DNA from: a virus | Length of the DNA stretch: 26,878 nt | Strand: one strand, 5' to 3' | IMG/VR virus record: IMGVR_UViG_3300048856_000029 | Span: 88,846 to 115,723 of that record | Program-made: the position numbers and the translations under genes | Shown here: one piece after another, positions 8,167 through 16,997 of the stretch | Numbering within the stretch: the first letter of the stretch is position 1 | How the letters are laid out: every line of letters begins with the position of its first letter | Notes under the pieces: generated by a model | Seen by the model: the letters and a program-made list of their open reading frames with translations, nothing else | What the model was told of the DNA's origin: nothing | Database searches by the model: none

Positions 8167-8182
8167 TCGTGAAGCGCCTTCT

Positions 8183-8797
8183 ATGGTTCCTGCCATCATC
8201 CATACGGAGCTTTCCCCTATGAACACCTTTCCCCAGGGCATCCTCGCCTCTTCCGACGGCCGCATGATCGTCGATCTCGAAAACGGTCGCATCCTCATCA
8301 CCGATCCGCCTGCAGATCCGGCCGCTGACTTCGAGGAATACTACGAATACGAGGTGCCGGCCGCGCTGTCGGTTCTCCTGGTCGACGGCAAGACGGTTTC
8401 GATGGAAGACGTCGCTGCAGTCGGCGAGAAGGACGGTCGCCTCTATATCGTTCATGCCAATGGCGCTGTGACCCACCTCTCCTACCCGTTCATCTCCTGG
8501 ACCGCTGTCGATACCTTCGCGGAGCCGGACGTCGATCGGGGCGATGTCACCGAAGATGCCGCTTGCGACTGTGAGGTCTGCAACCAGGAGCCGGAGCTCG
8601 ATCGCGAGGCGCTTGATGGCCTGAAGGCGAAGATCCGCGCCGAGAACGAACAGCGTGCTGCCGTGAAGCAGGCTGTCAACGAGGAGCCGCAGGTCGTCAA
8701 CGTGACCATGAACGTCGCCGCCCCGGTCGCCGAGACCGTGCAGCGGATGGTGCAGGAAGCCCTGCGCAACGCCGTCCGCATGGGTCACTTTCGCTAA
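8183..8797 (+). CDS. acidic hypothetical protein with CxCxxC
   Basis: Long ORF with phage codon usage; start uncertain (8183 or 8219). Confidence 0.75.
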   Translation: MVPAIIHTELSPMNTFPQGILASSDGRMIVDLENGRILITDPPADPAADFEEYYEYEVPAALSVLLVDGKTVSMEDVAAVGEKDGRLYIVHANGAVTHLSYPFISWTAVDTFAEPDVDRGDVTEDAACDCEVCNQEPELDREALDGLKAKIRAENEQRAAVKQAVNEEPQVVNVTMNVAAPVAETVQRMVQEALRNAVRMGHFR

Positions 8798-8826
8798 TTC
8801 GTTAATCCGCTAAAGGACGAAATCCG

Positions 8827-9069
8827 ATGCACGATGGTCTGCCCGTCAAGGGCTACAAGCCGCAGAACCAGGAGAAGATTGACCTGGTCAACGCCAACAA
8901 GGAGCTCGAGGAGCGTTGTCTGCGCCAGGCAGAACGGATCAAGGCTGATCCGAACTACGACGGCCGGATGGCCGCCCTCGCCTTCACCCATATCCAGGAC
9001 GCCTTCATGTGGCTGAACCGCGCCGTCTTCCAGCCGGCCCGCGTCTCGCTGCCGGAGGACAGCCGTTGA
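8827..9069 (+). CDS. Acb2/Tad1-fold cyclic-nucleotide sponge-like anti-defence protein
   Basis: VKGYKPQNQEKIDLVNANKE and RMAALAFTHIQDAFMWLNRAVFQP parallel the recalled Acb2 pattern (IKGYRxLSQEEID..N..KE / RW.AI..T..Q...M...RA.AQP). Confidence 0.75.
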   Translation: MHDGLPVKGYKPQNQEKIDLVNANKELEERCLRQAERIKADPNYDGRMAALAFTHIQDAFMWLNRAVFQPARVSLPEDSR

Positions 9070-9575
9070 GCGTTGTCGTCTATCACGACGGGATCATGGC
9101 AGCCGACACCCGAGCCTATTCGGGTGATCGGCATTTCGTGGGCAACAAGCTCAAGATCCACCGAATGCCGGACGGCTCGCTGCTGGGCATCGTCTCCAAC
9201 CAGGTCGGTATGCCCGAGGCGTTCAAGCAGTGGGTGGCAGAAGGCGCAGATCGCGAAGCGGTCATGCCGGATCAGCCCTCCTTCGAGGCGATTCATGTCA
9301 TGCCCGACGGCAAGATCTTCTATTACGACGATGGCTATACGCCGTCCGGGCCGATCGTCGCCCAGACGCTCACCATCGGCTCGGGCAAGAAGTATGCGCT
9401 CGGCGCCATCAAGATGGGTGCCGATGCGGTCAGGGCCGTCGAGATCGCCATCGACTGCGATGTCTGGTGTGGTGCGCCTGTCAGCGCCCTGCCCCTGAAC
9501 GAACCGCGGCTGGTCGAGGATCCGAAATCGCTATTTAGCGATATCGCTGATTCCGGGGAGGCGGCCGATGCTTGA
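9066..9575 (+). CDS. Ntn-hydrolase, HslV/proteasome-beta-like peptidase
   Basis: TTG start overlapping the upstream stop, GGAGG RBS; (M)SVVVYHDGIMAADT..KI..IGSGKKYALGAIKMGADAVRAVEIA..D. Confidence 0.75.
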   Translation: MSVVVYHDGIMAADTRAYSGDRHFVGNKLKIHRMPDGSLLGIVSNQVGMPEAFKQWVAEGADREAVMPDQPSFEAIHVMPDGKIFYYDDGYTPSGPIVAQTLTIGSGKKYALGAIKMGADAVRAVEIAIDCDVWCGAPVSALPLNEPRLVEDPKSLFSDIADSGEAADA

Positions 9576-9762
9576 GCTGAAGGTTCGCCTTTTCCTCCTG
9601 CAGATCGTCGGCTTCCTAGCGATTCTGGCATTCGTGATCTTTGGCCTGACGCTCTTCATGGCGATCTGGGTGGTCGGCGTGCCGCTGGTCATTCTGCTCG
9701 GCATCGCCTTCGGCCTGTGCCGGCTTGCCAACCGGATTGATCCGACGACAAGATGGAGATAG
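9568..9762 (+). CDS. small two-TM membrane protein
   Basis: GGAGG RBS; almost entirely hydrophobic. Confidence 0.65.
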   Translation: MLELKVRLFLLQIVGFLAILAFVIFGLTLFMAIWVVGVPLVILLGIAFGLCRLANRIDPTTRWR

Positions 9763-9788
9763 GGCGATTTCGCCCTTTCTTGCTTTCG

Positions 9789-10058
9789 CTATTTCCCTTC
9801 GCGGCTTTTCAGCCACATGTCGAAGGACTCCTCGAGCAGCTCCTTCATCGACATGCCGGCGCTCGACGCCGTCACCTTGTATTTCAGCTTGAAGTCCGGG
9901 AGCACCTTGAAGTTCAGATCGGTGAACAGATCCGACTTCTTGGTCTCCATGTTGTCTGCGACCAGGGTCGGCTTTTCCTCGGTCGCCAGAGCGCCGAGAT
10001 AGCTCATCTTCTGCGGCTTGGCCGGCACCTTGGCTTTCGTTCCCGTGGTCTGCTTCAT
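9789..10058 (-). CDS. ribbon-helix-helix partition adaptor (ParG-like, type Ib)
   Basis: Coupled to parA (ATGA overlap); flexible N-terminus then DLNFKV-PDFKLKYKVTASSAGMSMKELLEESFDMW, an RHH pattern. Confidence 0.75.
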   Translation of the reverse strand: MKQTTGTKAKVPAKPQKMSYLGALATEEKPTLVADNMETKKSDLFTDLNFKVLPDFKLKYKVTASSAGMSMKELLEESFDMWLKSREGK

Positions 10059-10699
10059 GCTGCGATCTCCTTCAATTCATTCAGTCGGTCGACGATCTCG
10101 GCAGCCAGGGTATCGGCGCGCTCATTGAGGGTCGAGTATTTGGTCTCGGAGACGGCCGCGCCGCTGTTTTGTGCCATCTGATACCCAGTCTTGGCCGCAA
10201 GATCCGTGTCGGCGACCAGGAAGCCCTGGTTCTTCAGGAACCCGGCTGCCTCGCGGGTCGCAAGATCGCTTTCCGTGGTCTTGTTGAGGACGAAGATCAG
10301 CTTGGTCAACGGCACGCCCTTGCTGACGAGCTCGTTGGCGAAGCGCACTTGCGGGCGCAGATCGTCGGCCGTCAGACCTGTCGGGATCACGACCAGGTCG
10401 GCGATGCGGGCTGCTTCCAGGGAGTTGATATCGGAGTCCGGCGCGCCATCGATGACCAGCAGGTCGAATGGCTGGCCTTTCAGCTTCTTGACCGAGTTCA
10501 TCGGCTCGGCTGCGATCTCCGGCTCCATGCCTTGTTGCATCCGCACGGCCACCCAGTCGACCGAGGTCAACTGTCGGGTGTTGAAATCGCAGATCTTCAC
10601 CGACCAGCCGGCGATCGCGAAAGTGCGTGCGAGCAGCCGGGCTAGTGTCGATTTGCCGACGCCACCCTTCTGGGATAGGCAGGCTATGACATATGACAT
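10055..10699 (-). CDS. parA: ParA family partition ATPase (short, type Ib)
   Basis: Deviant Walker A QKGGVGKST; IDGAP; ADLVVIP. Confidence 0.92.
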   Translation of the reverse strand: MSYVIACLSQKGGVGKSTLARLLARTFAIAGWSVKICDFNTRQLTSVDWVAVRMQQGMEPEIAAEPMNSVKKLKGQPFDLLVIDGAPDSDINSLEAARIADLVVIPTGLTADDLRPQVRFANELVSKGVPLTKLIFVLNKTTESDLATREAAGFLKNQGFLVADTDLAAKTGYQMAQNSGAAVSETKYSTLNERADTLAAEIVDRLNELKEIAA

Positions 10700-10739
10700 C
10701 GCTAAATCCTCGTTTTCGCCAATTCGCCTTTTCGCTAAA
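10697..10739. repeat. 8-bp-periodic TCGCTAA array over the parA start/promoter (parS-like)
   Basis: ATCGCTAA ATCCTCGT TTCGCCAA TTCGCCTT TTCGCTAA; a second array lies at 9763-9803 downstream of the operon. Confidence 0.65.
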
Positions 10740-10890
10740 CCTAGCTCTGCTTGGTTAACGAACTATGACTGATTTGGGAAGGGAGGAGGGTGACGCGGCC
10801 CATTTGCGTCAACAACGACAAAGAGAGACCCACACTTTCCAGGAGTGAGAGACGACTTGGTCTAGGGCCGCGCCGAGACCGATATAATTC

Positions 10891-11241
10891 TCAGTCAGGC
10901 ACAAAGCAACGCTGGTCGAAGAGGTATTCATACTGGTCGAGGCTCTCCACGACGATCATCGGCCAGGAGACCCGAACCGCATCTCGCATCGGCTGCTCCT
11001 CGATCCAGCACTTGGATGGATCAACACCGAACTGATGGGCAATGAACTGCTCGAGGGTCCAGTTATTCCGAGCCAGTTGGATCTTCTCGACGTCATTCGA
11101 CCGGGTATTTAACGAAAAGGCGATTTCGCGAATTGTGCCGGAAACGTCGTTGACCTCGGTGAAGGTCAGATGCCTGCGGTGTTTGGGCACGCTCATGTCG
11201 AGCGTGCCCATCTTCTTGCCATCAAACCAGACCTGGATCAC
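10891..11241 (-). CDS. hypothetical protein
   Basis: GTGA overlap with the kinase stop codon. Confidence 0.65.
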   Translation of the reverse strand: MIQVWFDGKKMGTLDMSVPKHRRHLTFTEVNDVSGTIREIAFSLNTRSNDVEKIQLARNNWTLEQFIAHQFGVDPSKCWIEEQPMRDAVRVSWPMIVVESLDQYEYLFDQRCFVPD

Positions 11242-11801
11242 AGCACCGGCCCGATAACGTCGATCAGCTTACCGGCCAGATCGTGCCGGGCATCTTCCTT
11301 GGAGAGACCGCGGGCCAGGCCGTCGTTCATGATCCGGTGATCGGCATAGGCCGGATTGTAGGTGTCGAACTCGAACTTCGACGGGCCGGCGAGGGGATTG
11401 ACGATCTCCAGGACAAGAGCGCCCCTTTCCTTCCAGTAGCGACCCTGCTCACGGCGAACGGAGCCGAACACGGCGCGAGAGCCCTTCGGGCGGGCATTGT
11501 GGCTCATCATCGGGATGACATCGCCACCGAATTTCTCCTCGAAGGCATTGCCGATCTCGCCGAGGATCTCGCGAACCTGCCACTTGCGGCCATTGATCTC
11601 GACAAATTCGAGCTTGCCGGCCTGGGTGAAGACCTGCTCGGCCGTCAGTCCCAGATAGTCCATTGCGATCTTGCGAAGGGGAAGGCCGTCATCGGCCAGC
11701 TCGTGCCCGTAGAGCTCGTTGATAATCTCGGCTGCGGTCGACTTGCCGGAGGTCGGATTGCCGCAAAGGGCGATGAGAGCGGGGTAGGGGGTGTAGTTCA
11801 A
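11238..11801 (-). CDS. deoxynucleoside monophosphate kinase-like P-loop protein
   Basis: IALCGNPTSGKSTAA; PLRK; REILGEIG; SVR; IMNDG; AGGAG RBS. Confidence 0.8.
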   Translation of the reverse strand: MNYTPYPALIALCGNPTSGKSTAAEIINELYGHELADDGLPLRKIAMDYLGLTAEQVFTQAGKLEFVEINGRKWQVREILGEIGNAFEEKFGGDVIPMMSHNARPKGSRAVFGSVRREQGRYWKERGALVLEIVNPLAGPSKFEFDTYNPAYADHRIMNDGLARGLSKEDARHDLAGKLIDVIGPVL

Positions 11802-11821
11802 GGGATTGCTCCTGTTGATGT

Positions 11822-11839
11822 TCAGTCAGTATTTACTGA
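11822..11839. promoter_or_regulatory. 18-bp palindromic operator
   Basis: TCAGTCAGTATTTACTGA upstream of the kinase. Confidence 0.75.
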
Positions 11840-11876
11840 ATACAACAGCAGCTGATTTAGGGAAAGGTCGATTTCG

Positions 11877-12053
11877 CTAATTCGCGATTTCTGCCGATGC
11901 TTCGCGGGCACTTTTCCGTCGCAGCAGGCGATTGAGGCGCTCCACCTCGTCGTTGAGCTCCTTGATCCGCTCCAGATAGTAGCTTTCCGAATAGGCCGAC
12001 AGACCACAGGAGTTGAAGAAATGGACGGGGTCGATCTTGCGTTCTTCGCTCAT
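11877..12053 (-). CDS. small coiled-coil hypothetical protein
   Basis: ATGA overlap with the helicase; GGAGG RBS. Confidence 0.6.
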   Translation of the reverse strand: MSEERKIDPVHFFNSCGLSAYSESYYLERIKELNDEVERLNRLLRRKSAREASAEIAN

Positions 12054-13663
12054 GCTGCCTCCTTCAAGGCCTTGATGCGCCGTTCGGCGAACAGCTTCCA
12101 CGGGAAATCGTCATTGACCGCAAGGATGCCTTCCTTGAAGCCGGGCGTGTTCTCGACGACGCGCCGGCGCGAGGTGGCGTGTTCGGCAAGCGTAAGATTG
12201 TTGGAGCAGGTATAGTCGGCGACGAAGGCGACGTTTGCCATGCCCTTCTTGCGCCGCAGACCACGGCCGATGCGCTGGCGCAGCGCTACTTCTGCCTTGC
12301 CACCGCCCGCGAGCTGGATCACCCCGAGGGCAGGGACGTCAACGCCGACGTCGACAATGGTCGAGCCGATCAGAACGTCGATCTCGCCGGCGCCGAGCTG
12401 CCGGAGCGCCTCGTCACGTTCCTCCTGGCTGTTCTCGCCACGCAGGAAGACCGCCTTCAGCCCGACCTTGGTCATCTTCTGGAGCAGGATCTCCCCATGC
12501 TCCATGCGCTGCACCAGGGTCAGCACCGGCAACTGGTAGAGCTTTGCCATCAGGGCATCGCGAATGATGTCCTTGTGCATGAGCTGGTTCTCGACATAGC
12601 CGAACTGGTAGGCGCGCTGCCAGGGCGAGGTGCGGAACAGCTTCGGATGCGGCTTCGAGGTGACGAACTTGAAGAACGGCTTGGCGAGAATGCCGCGGTT
12701 GATCAGCTCCTCTTCCGAAATGTTGATCAGCACCGAGCCGAATGCTGCCATCAGGCGCATATTGTCTTCAGCAGAGTCGCGCATGAAGGGCGTTGCCGTC
12801 AGAGCGACCCGGATCGTCGCGTTCTTGCAGTGCTTGAGGATCTGGTAATAGCTGTTGCCGCCCGCTTCATGGGCTTCCTCGCCGATCACAACGTCGATCA
12901 TCTCGAGGAATTTCAGATAGCGGTTCCGCTTTTTCGTCTTTTCGTTAAATCGCTCAAGGGCGATTTCGCGAACCTGCTCCTTGGACATGTTGCTGTCCTT
13001 CTTCTTGGAGCGATGGATCGACTTGACGACGGCCCGGATCTCTTCGTCGAGGTTAGGCTCCTCGAGCGCCTGGACGAGCGTCTGCACCATGCCGAGGTTG
13101 ATGCCCTTGACCATCTTCTCCTGACCGTCGCCGAGGACGCCGGTGTTGAAGTTGAGCGCGTCGACCTGGCGCTTCATCTGGTAGAGCAGCACACCGCGGG
13201 TGGTCAGGAAGAGGGTAGGGCGCCGGTAGCGGGCCATGACGAGCTTGGCGATCTTCGACTTGCCACCGCCCGTCGCCACGCGAATGATGCCGCGGCCGTG
13301 CTTCTCGACCTGGCGCAGCGCCTTCATCTGGTAGTCGTAGTCCGGATTATCATTGCCGAACTCGTCCACGATCGGGTTTTCGGGGCCAAGCGGGGCAACA
13401 TGCGGCTTGCGCAGGAGCTGAACCTTGTAGCCGCGGCGCGTCAGCTCCGAATGCACCATGTAGGCGAAGCCGGCCGGAAAGCTCGAGGTCTTGTATTCGT
13501 AGAATGAGGAGCGGCCGTCCCAGGTGCCCTGATTGAAGGCAAAGGACTGCTCGGCGCCGTCGACCATGTAGGAGAGCAGATCGGAAACGGTGTTCTCGAC
13601 TTCTTCGGTCGGGTCGATCAGCTTGGCGACGACAGCGTTATGGGCGAGCTTTACGGTTTTCAT
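12050..13663 (-). CDS. SF2 DExH helicase (UvsW/Res-III-like)
   Basis: ATGGGKS, EEAH, TAT, DVGVDVP, QRIGRGLR. Confidence 0.92.
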   Translation of the reverse strand: MKTVKLAHNAVVAKLIDPTEEVENTVSDLLSYMVDGAEQSFAFNQGTWDGRSSFYEYKTSSFPAGFAYMVHSELTRRGYKVQLLRKPHVAPLGPENPIVDEFGNDNPDYDYQMKALRQVEKHGRGIIRVATGGGKSKIAKLVMARYRRPTLFLTTRGVLLYQMKRQVDALNFNTGVLGDGQEKMVKGINLGMVQTLVQALEEPNLDEEIRAVVKSIHRSKKKDSNMSKEQVREIALERFNEKTKKRNRYLKFLEMIDVVIGEEAHEAGGNSYYQILKHCKNATIRVALTATPFMRDSAEDNMRLMAAFGSVLINISEEELINRGILAKPFFKFVTSKPHPKLFRTSPWQRAYQFGYVENQLMHKDIIRDALMAKLYQLPVLTLVQRMEHGEILLQKMTKVGLKAVFLRGENSQEERDEALRQLGAGEIDVLIGSTIVDVGVDVPALGVIQLAGGGKAEVALRQRIGRGLRRKKGMANVAFVADYTCSNNLTLAEHATSRRRVVENTPGFKEGILAVNDDFPWKLFAERRIKALKEAA

Positions 13664-13703
13664 GTTTTCTCGAATTGCCTATTGCGGTCTTTTCCATCTA
13701 TGA

Positions 13704-13721
13704 TAAGTAAATACTGACTGA
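13704..13721. promoter_or_regulatory. 18-bp operator in the divergent promoter region
   Basis: TAAGTAAATACTGACTGA; overlaps a minus-strand TATCAT -10. Confidence 0.75.
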
Positions 13722-13751
13722 TTGCTGCCACATAATCAAGGCAAGGACTGA

Positions 13752-14501
13752 ATGACATATCCTCAACCCCTGATGCTGGACCCGCGGGCGCTTTCGCCGA
13801 ATCCGTGGAACACCAACATCGTCACCCCGGAAAACGAGCGAAAGCTCGAGGAGTCCATCAAGCGACTTGGGTTCTTTCGTCCGGTCATAGTTCGCGAAAT
13901 CGCTAATTCGGGAATTAGCGATATCACATATCAGCTTCTGGGCGGCGAGCATAGAGCGCAGGCTGCAGTTCGCCTGAAGATTTCGAAGATCCCGGTCGTT
14001 AACCTTGGCCCGATCAGCGACCTGGAAGCCAAGGAGATCGGGATTGCCGACAATGCCCGATACGGCGTCGACGATCAGATCGCCTTTGCCGAGCTGGTCA
14101 AGGACATGGGCAATGCCGATCAACTCGAAACCTTCCTTCCTTATGCCGAGAGTGACTTCGCTGACCTCTTCGCATCTGCTGAAATAGATCTGGATGCTTT
14201 GGCGCTCGACGAGGATTTCGAGCGGAAAGAGGACAAAGCCGAGGACGACGAATCGGCTCAGCCGAAAGCGCCCAAGACCCACACGATCATCCGCTTCAAG
14301 GTCACGAACCGCGACGCCGAGGATCTCACCCGGCTGATCGAAGCGACCAAGCAGGGGCAGGGGTTCACCTTATCCGACGAGCTGACCAATGCGGGCGACG
14401 CCCTGGTCCATCTGCTGCTCAACAACAAGCCGGCCGCTGCCGGCGAAGACGATGATCTTCCCGAACTGGAAGACCTCGCCATCGACGGGGACGACGCATG
14501 A
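13752..14501 (+). CDS. ParB/Srx N-terminal domain protein 1
   Basis: LSPNPWNTN, LEESIKRLGFFRPVIVR, GGEHRAQAA, ADNARYG. Confidence 0.88.
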   Translation: MTYPQPLMLDPRALSPNPWNTNIVTPENERKLEESIKRLGFFRPVIVREIANSGISDITYQLLGGEHRAQAAVRLKISKIPVVNLGPISDLEAKEIGIADNARYGVDDQIAFAELVKDMGNADQLETFLPYAESDFADLFASAEIDLDALALDEDFERKEDKAEDDESAQPKAPKTHTIIRFKVTNRDAEDLTRLIEATKQGQGFTLSDELTNAGDALVHLLLNNKPAAAGEDDDLPELEDLAIDGDDA

Positions 14502-14677
14502 TCACCCCGAAGTTCGATGACTGCCGCTCCTGCGTCTTCTTCCTCAAAAATCGCCGCAACCCGATCTGCAAGAGCTGCGATGCGGGCGAGTTCTACGAGG
14601 AGAAGCACACCTGCCGGGAGAAGACCAACGACGAACTGATGAAGCTCTACGGGGAATATACCGATGACGACGAATAG
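14498..14677 (+). CDS. 59-aa Cys-rich protein (CxxC-N11-CxxC), not in the ORF track
   Basis: ATGA overlap; MITPKFDDCRSCVFFLKNRRNPICKSCDAGEFYEEK... Confidence 0.75.
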   Translation: MITPKFDDCRSCVFFLKNRRNPICKSCDAGEFYEEKHTCREKTNDELMKLYGEYTDDDE

Positions 14678-15335
14678 GCCGGTCCAACTGCTCGATATCG
14701 AGCAGATCAAGCCCTACGAGAACAACGCCAAGAAGCACTCGGCCGAACAGGTCGGCAGCCTGGTGAAGCTGATCGAACGCTTCGGCTGGACGCAACCGAT
14801 CGTCACCGACCGCGACTTCGTGATCATCGCCGGTCACGGCCGGCGCCTGGCAGCCCTTGAGATGGGGCTCAAGAAGGTGCCCGTCATCGTCCGCGAGGAT
14901 CTGACCAAGGACGAGGCCAACGCTCTCCGGCTCGCCGACAATCGCGTCTCCTCGACCGAATACGACCTGGCGCTCGAACAGGCGGAGCTGCAGGCGCTCT
15001 CCATGGTCGATCTCAACTTCGACCTCACCGATCTCGGCTATTCCGAGCATGAGCTGAACTTCTCGACCGCCGATCTTGGCGAGCTGGATGACTCCATCTT
15101 TGTCGACGACATCAACGGCGCGGTCGAAAAGCAGAAGAACGAGAACAAGGAAAAGGTCGAAGAGGTCGACGATGTCGCCGCGCCTGTCGTCGATGCGCTC
15201 GGCTTCAAACGTGTGACGATCGCCGAAAGCCGCGTGCTGCGCGACCTGATGGCCCGCATGGAAGTCGCGACCGGCAAGAAGGGCGCTCCGGCGCTGATCG
15301 ACTTCGTCTCCTCCAGACTGGAAAAGGCCGCATGA
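14664..15335 (+). CDS. ParB/Srx N-terminal domain protein 2
   Basis: IKPYENNAKKH, FGWTQPIV, IIAGHGRRLAA, LRLADNR. Confidence 0.9.
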   Translation: MTTNRPVQLLDIEQIKPYENNAKKHSAEQVGSLVKLIERFGWTQPIVTDRDFVIIAGHGRRLAALEMGLKKVPVIVREDLTKDEANALRLADNRVSSTEYDLALEQAELQALSMVDLNFDLTDLGYSEHELNFSTADLGELDDSIFVDDINGAVEKQKNENKEKVEEVDDVAAPVVDALGFKRVTIAESRVLRDLMARMEVATGKKGAPALIDFVSSRLEKAA

Positions 15336-15757
15336 TCGAGATCGAGGCACAGAACGTCATCGATCTGAAGTCGCGCAAGCCCTACCGGCTGGTGCGCGAG
15401 GAGCAGATCAAGGCTCGGCGCAAGGCCAAGCGCCAGGCAAAGAAGGAACTCGATGAAGGGCGCGCCGAATACCGCGAGGCGATTTTGTCGTCTCTGCGCC
15501 AGATCACGAAACTCGTCGAGGAGGGCAAGCTGCATGGCCTGATCCTGCTTGCGCAGGAGCCCAAGTCGAAACTCTTCCTGACCGACGTGGTCCTGGATGA
15601 ACGGTTTGTGCCGGCACAGGATCTGTTCGCCTTCGTCGGCTGCCTCGAGGCTCTGAAGCTGGAGCTGTCGGATGCCTCGACGATGGCGCCGGTGCTCGGT
15701 CTCGACGGCTCGGTCATCGATCCGGAAGTCAACTACATCGAGGATTACGAGGAATGA
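15332..15757 (+). CDS. hypothetical protein
   Basis: Translationally coupled at both ends. Confidence 0.75.
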   Translation: MIEIEAQNVIDLKSRKPYRLVREEQIKARRKAKRQAKKELDEGRAEYREAILSSLRQITKLVEEGKLHGLILLAQEPKSKLFLTDVVLDERFVPAQDLFAFVGCLEALKLELSDASTMAPVLGLDGSVIDPEVNYIEDYEE

Positions 15758-16398
15758 GCGTCTACACGATCAACAAGGCGTTTACGTCGTCCGTCGAGCG
15801 CACGCCGCGGGTGCTGGAGATCGCCGAGGGTTTTGGCCTGGGACTGACCGACAAGAGGTTCGTCGTCTATGACAACCTTCAGCTCGAGGTGAAGCAGGGC
15901 GATATCGTCTATATCCTCGGCCAGTCGGGCTCGGGCAAGTCGCTGCTGCTGCGCGACCTGGTCTCGCAGATGCGCGGGGAGGGGAGGGCGGTCGCCGACC
16001 TCAACGAACTGGTGCTGCCGGACGTGCCGGTGATTGACTGTCTCGGCACCACGACCACCGAGGCCACCAATCTGCTTGCCAAGGCCGGCATCTCCGACGC
16101 CTGGATCTATATCCGCAAGCCCTCCGAGCTTTCCGACGGCCAGCGCTATCGCCTGAAACTGGCGATGATGCTCGGCATGAACGCTGATGTCTGGGCGGCC
16201 GACGAGTTCGGAGCCGTGCTCGATCGCACCACTGCGAAGATCATCGCCTTCAATCTGCAGAAAGTCGCCCGAGAGAACGGCAAGACCCTGATCGTTGCGA
16301 CAACTCATTCCGACCTCGAGGAAGAACTGGGACCGACGCTGTCGATCCACAAGCGGTTCCGCGAAAAGGTCGACATCAAGGAAGGGCTGGCGGCATGA
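15754..16398 (+). CDS. stand-alone ABC-type ATPase
   Basis: GQSGSGKS, LSDGQ signature, ADEF Walker B, TTH H-loop; no permease nearby. Confidence 0.9.
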   Translation: MSVYTINKAFTSSVERTPRVLEIAEGFGLGLTDKRFVVYDNLQLEVKQGDIVYILGQSGSGKSLLLRDLVSQMRGEGRAVADLNELVLPDVPVIDCLGTTTTEATNLLAKAGISDAWIYIRKPSELSDGQRYRLKLAMMLGMNADVWAADEFGAVLDRTTAKIIAFNLQKVARENGKTLIVATTHSDLEEELGPTLSIHKRFREKVDIKEGLAA

Positions 16399-16694
16399 AT
16401 TTCGGTAAGGCACTCGAATTCGCCAAGAAGGGCAAGGTCATCCGTCGGGCGGAGTGGAATGCGAAGGCAAAGGTCTACCTGGAAGCCGGATCGCGCGACA
16501 CCTCCAAGCTTTATGGCCGCACCCGGATCGAGGCTGCACTCAGAGCCGAACTGTTCCAGCCCGGCGACAAGGGCACCGTCACCCGGCTGCCGAACCTCAA
16601 CCTGAAAACGCCGGGCGGCGAGACGCTGACCGGCTGGCAACCCTCACAGCTCGAAATGCTGGCAGAAGATTGGGAGATCATTTCCGATGAGTAA
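16395..16694 (+). CDS. DUF2829/Tad2-like protein
   Basis: MNFGKALEFAKKGKVIRRAEWN ... GWQPSQLEMLAEDWEII matches the family termini. Confidence 0.82.
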   Translation: MNFGKALEFAKKGKVIRRAEWNAKAKVYLEAGSRDTSKLYGRTRIEAALRAELFQPGDKGTVTRLPNLNLKTPGGETLTGWQPSQLEMLAEDWEIISDE

Positions 16695-16884
16695 GACCAC
16701 GACCTATCGCACGACCCGCGACATCGTCATTCCGGCCGGCACCGAAGTCGGCCCGGCGCCGCGGCGCACCGATTACATCTCCCGCCACAGCGAGATCCTG
16801 ATCGGCTTCGACAAGGACACGACCGGCAACCTGCGCTTCGACACCGAGGAGGCGCTTCAGCTCGGTCTGATCGAGGAAGTTTGA
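16687..16884 (+). CDS. hypothetical protein
   Basis: GGAG RBS; coupled to neighbours. Confidence 0.65.
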   Translation: MSKTTTYRTTRDIVIPAGTEVGPAPRRTDYISRHSEILIGFDKDTTGNLRFDTEEALQLGLIEEV

Positions 16885-16997
16885 TGCGGCTGAAATCGCT
16901 AATTCTTGCTTTCGCTATTTCGCTGCTGGTGAGCACTTGCAGCGCGACAGCACCTGCACTCGCAAAACTCGACGGAGCGCGCTGTGAGCGAAACTGA
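16884..16997 (+). CDS. possible 37-aa signal-peptide-like ORF
   Basis: TGATG overlap, GAGGA RBS; MRLKSLILAFAISLLVSTCSATAPALAKLDGARCERN. Confidence 0.4.
   Translation: MRLKSLILAFAISLLVSTCSATAPALAKLDGARCERN

Noticed and set aside
12179-13507. 442-aa plus-strand ORF
   Set aside because: Antisense to the helicase
13752-15335. ParB-domain genes as the partition ParB of parA
   Set aside because: They are in a different operon, show no evident central HTH, and parA already has a coupled RHH partner
15754-16398. ABC transporter
   Set aside because: No permease or substrate-binding gene adjacent; context points to a non-transport ATPase
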